In this document: piece after piece, positions 61,171 through 64,000 of the stretch
How positions within the stretch are numbered: position 1 is the stretch's first letter
Layout of the letters: each line of letters opens with the position of its first letter
Source: Raja brachyura
Taxonomy: Eukaryota
Reading direction: 5' to 3'
Assembly (NCBI GenBank): GCA_963514005.1
Contig: OY740814.1
Location: 15,934,001-15,998,000 of the forward strand
Length of the DNA: 64,000 nt
The notes under the pieces: generated by a model
Databases searched by the model: none
What the model was told of the DNA's origin: nothing
What the model saw: the letters and a program-made list of their open reading frames with translations, nothing else
Position numbers and translations under genes: made by a program

Positions 61171-61548
61171 CATAGAAACATAGAAAATAGGTGCAGGAGT
61201 AGGGCATTCGGCCCTTTGAGCGAGCACCACCATTCAATATGATCATGGTTGATCATCCAAAATCAGTACCCCGTTCCTGCTTTCTCCCCATATCCCTTGA
61301 TTCCGCTATATCCAACTCTCTCTTGAAAACATCCACTGCCTTCTGTGGCAGAGAATTCCACAGATTCACAACTCTGGGTGAAAATGTTTTTCCTCATCTC
61401 AGTCCTAAATGGCCTACTCCTTATTCTAAAACTGTGACCCCTGGTTCTGGACTCCCCCAACATCGGGAACATTTTTCCTGCATCTAGTCTGTCCAATCCC
61501 TTAAGGTTTTTATATGTTTCCATAAGATCCCATCTCATCCTTCGAAAT
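61171..61548 (-). mobile_element. CR1-type LINE 3' fragment
   Basis: MRWDLMETYKNLKGLDRLDAGKMFPMLGESRTRGHSFRIRSRPFRTEMRKNIFTQ...GIKGYGEKAGTGY*. Confidence 0.85.
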
Positions 61549-62840
61549 TCTAGATTTGTTCGTCAATGAGCAACCGGTGTTGAGATGTGGGAAGTGGACT
61601 TTAGCTGAGCTCAAATGGAAGGTGGGAGGAAGGAACAGATTAGGCATTGGGACGGCGTGGATGAAGATCAAAGCAGCAATTAACTAATACGCTAGCATAT
61701 CAGACTCCTTCAAGCATTCGGATTAATTTCTTCCCAAAGGTTTAAATATGGTAACATCCAATATAGAAATATATAATTCCCTCAATTGAATGAAGTGAGC
61801 TGCAAATTGTGACAATATCTTTCACCTACTGTTTCACTGGCAACTCAGTTCAACTATTACATGGTGTGTTTGTCACACAGGAAACATTTCAATTAAGAGA
61901 CTGAACTGCCTGGAATTACTTGACAACTAAGAACACAGCCCAACTCCCTTTTGGGTTCATCCTGTTGAATGTTTAAAGAAAGACTTGCATTTCTATAACC
62001 AACATTATGCCTCACATGTTCACGTTGGAATCTTTTACAAAGATTCAATTCGTGAATGGAATTTTGGTTTTGAGGCTATTTGGAAAATGGCAACTCTCTG
62101 GAATTGCAACACTCCCCAGGTACTGTACTATGAGCCAAGCTTGTATGTGTAGGTCAGTTTTACGGGAGTTAACCTCACAAACATCTGACTGAGAGGCAGG
62201 TATACTAATGTCGAACACTATTTAAACCCTGGGAGCAGCCTGGATGGGAACAGAGATAATGAAGTACATGTACGAAAGAACTGCAGATGTTGGTTCAAAC
62301 CGAAGATAGTCACAAAATGCTGGAGTAAGTCAGCGGGCAGACAGCATCTTTGTAGAGAAGGAATGGTTGACGTTTTGGAAGAAGGATCTCCTCCCCGAAA
62401 AGTCACCCATTCCTTCTCCCCAGAGATGCTGCCTGCCCCGCTGACTAACTCCAGCATTTTGTGTCCATAATGCAGTGTGTCATGTGGACACGGTTGAGAA
62501 TAATTAGCTAATAATTAGTTTAGGGTAATGGGTCTCCTTGATCTAATGAACTAAATGTTATTGTTGTTTGGCTGGGTATCTGTGAACGAGGATAAACCGG
62601 TGACTCTGTTGGAAGTTCCAGCAGCAAATTAATGAACTCCCTATCTTTTTAACACAGAAATATGTCTGGAGGGAATCCATCTGATTATCTCAGTGCATGT
62701 TAGATGGAACAGCTTGTGGACAGACGGAGACTAGGGGATTAATACAGCACAGTCAGAGTGAAGCAAAACTCCTTTAGGTCTGATTTAATCACTTTCTGCC
62801 TCAGTTCAGAATTCTGCACTTATTACCCGAGAACTTAAGT

Positions 62841-63185
62841 AGGCGGCACAGTTTACAGAGCTGCTGCCTGGCAACTCCAACGACTTGGACTTAATCCTGA
62901 CCCCTGGTGCTGTCTGTGTGGAGTTTGCATGCTCTCCCGTGCCTGGTGGGTTGCCAGCGGTGCTCCAGTTTCCTCCTACATTCCAATGAAGTGTGAGTGA
63001 ATAGGTTAAGTTGTGACTCGAAGTTGTCCCTAGTACCTAAATGCTTGGAAGAATCTGGAGCGAGTTGGTGGGCATGTATGGAGAAAGAAATTGGGATTAA
63101 TGTAGCAATGATATGGGTGGATGTTTAGTGGTTGGCGTGGACTTGGGACGAAGATCTTGTTTCCATGCCGCAATGCTCTATGACT
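62841..63185 (+). mobile_element. Older V-SINE copy
   Basis: Diverged head and V-domain (ggtgctgtctgtgtggagtttgcatgctctcccg). Confidence 0.7.
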
Positions 63186-63639
63186 CAGAAAACCCCTTGT
63201 TGATGTTGAAGCTCATGGTGCTGGCTACATGCTCTCAAAGGTCAGCTTCTGGGAATCTGTTCCTTCATCCTCATTATTATGCTCTCCTCATGTTTCAGCC
63301 TCTTTCGAATCACATGCTCAGGATGAAAACATTCTAATCTCCTGGAAACAACTACTAAGTAACGTTAATCTTTTGTTTTTAGTCTTAACTGAGATCCTGC
63401 CTCTTGATGCAAATTATCCCACGGGACCATTTCAAAGTAGGGTGTCGCTGATCCTCCTCGATATTCCTGCCCTTCTTTGATCCCTCAATTATCATCAGTA
63501 AAATGGATTAGTTTTAGTCATGACTAAAATTGTCAGAGAAGATTGGGTTTCATTTCCTGATGGTGCCCACACTGCACAACACATGTGGGTTTTCAGTTGC
63601 AATGTAACAACGACTAAACTCAAGTTCTGCACCACAGAT

Positions 63640-64000
63640 AGAGAACTGGCACCAGCAATGACTGCCTCGCCAACAGTCCGTCTGTCCCTTCCTTTCTTCT
63701 TTGTTTTCTTTAGTATGTGTTAATTGTATGTTTTAGTGTTCTGTAGCTTGTTTTATATGGGGGGTTCGGGGAAACTTTATTTATTCTCTTACCTCGACGG
63801 GGATGCGATTTTTTTCCGTATCGTATCTCGGCCTAACATCGAGGAGCTGCCGACTTCTGCTGGAGAACAACTTTCGGAGCTTCAACAGGGGGAGCCTGCG
63901 GACTTTATGATCGTGGAGCTGGCGATCCCTGTCGGGAATCGACCTTGGAGTTCCAACCATGCGAGCCTGCGAACTTTGGGAGCACCAAGCCGCAGGAGCT
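63640..64000. repeat. CpG-rich interspersed repeat, truncated by window end
   Basis: Abrupt compositional switch with internal repeats gagcctgcggacttt / gagcctgcgaacttt and atcg.ggagctg. Family not identified. Confidence 0.45.

Overview
Repeat-rich vertebrate genomic DNA, most likely from a cartilaginous fish (skate or ray), inferred from HE1/V-SINE, CR1/HER1-like LINE, Deu-SINE and Penelope-like repeats. Three spliced genes are recognisable. SPG11 (spatacsin) exons 1-7 lie on the minus strand (ATG at 14681), run off the window start, and include a U12-type minor intron (intron 3). A complete 5-exon CIAO2A/FAM96A (161 aa, 16959-26439) lies on the plus strand, head-to-head with SPG11. The terminal PLAC-domain exon of ADAMTS7 is on the minus strand (50931-51088). 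The rest is introns and intergenic DNA dense with nested retroelements and Harbinger-type MITEs. The standout is a 138-bp retroposon in SPG11 intron 1 (13901-14038, exact 10-bp TSD, GAA tail) whose first 54 nt fold by eye into a minimal HDV-like self-cleaving ribozyme, with the predicted cleavage site exactly at the insertion's 5' end. The abundant Penelope-derived repeats also carry minimal hammerhead ribozyme cores. Gene and repeat names come from recalled homology, not database searches, and repeat boundaries are approximate unless a TSD is given.
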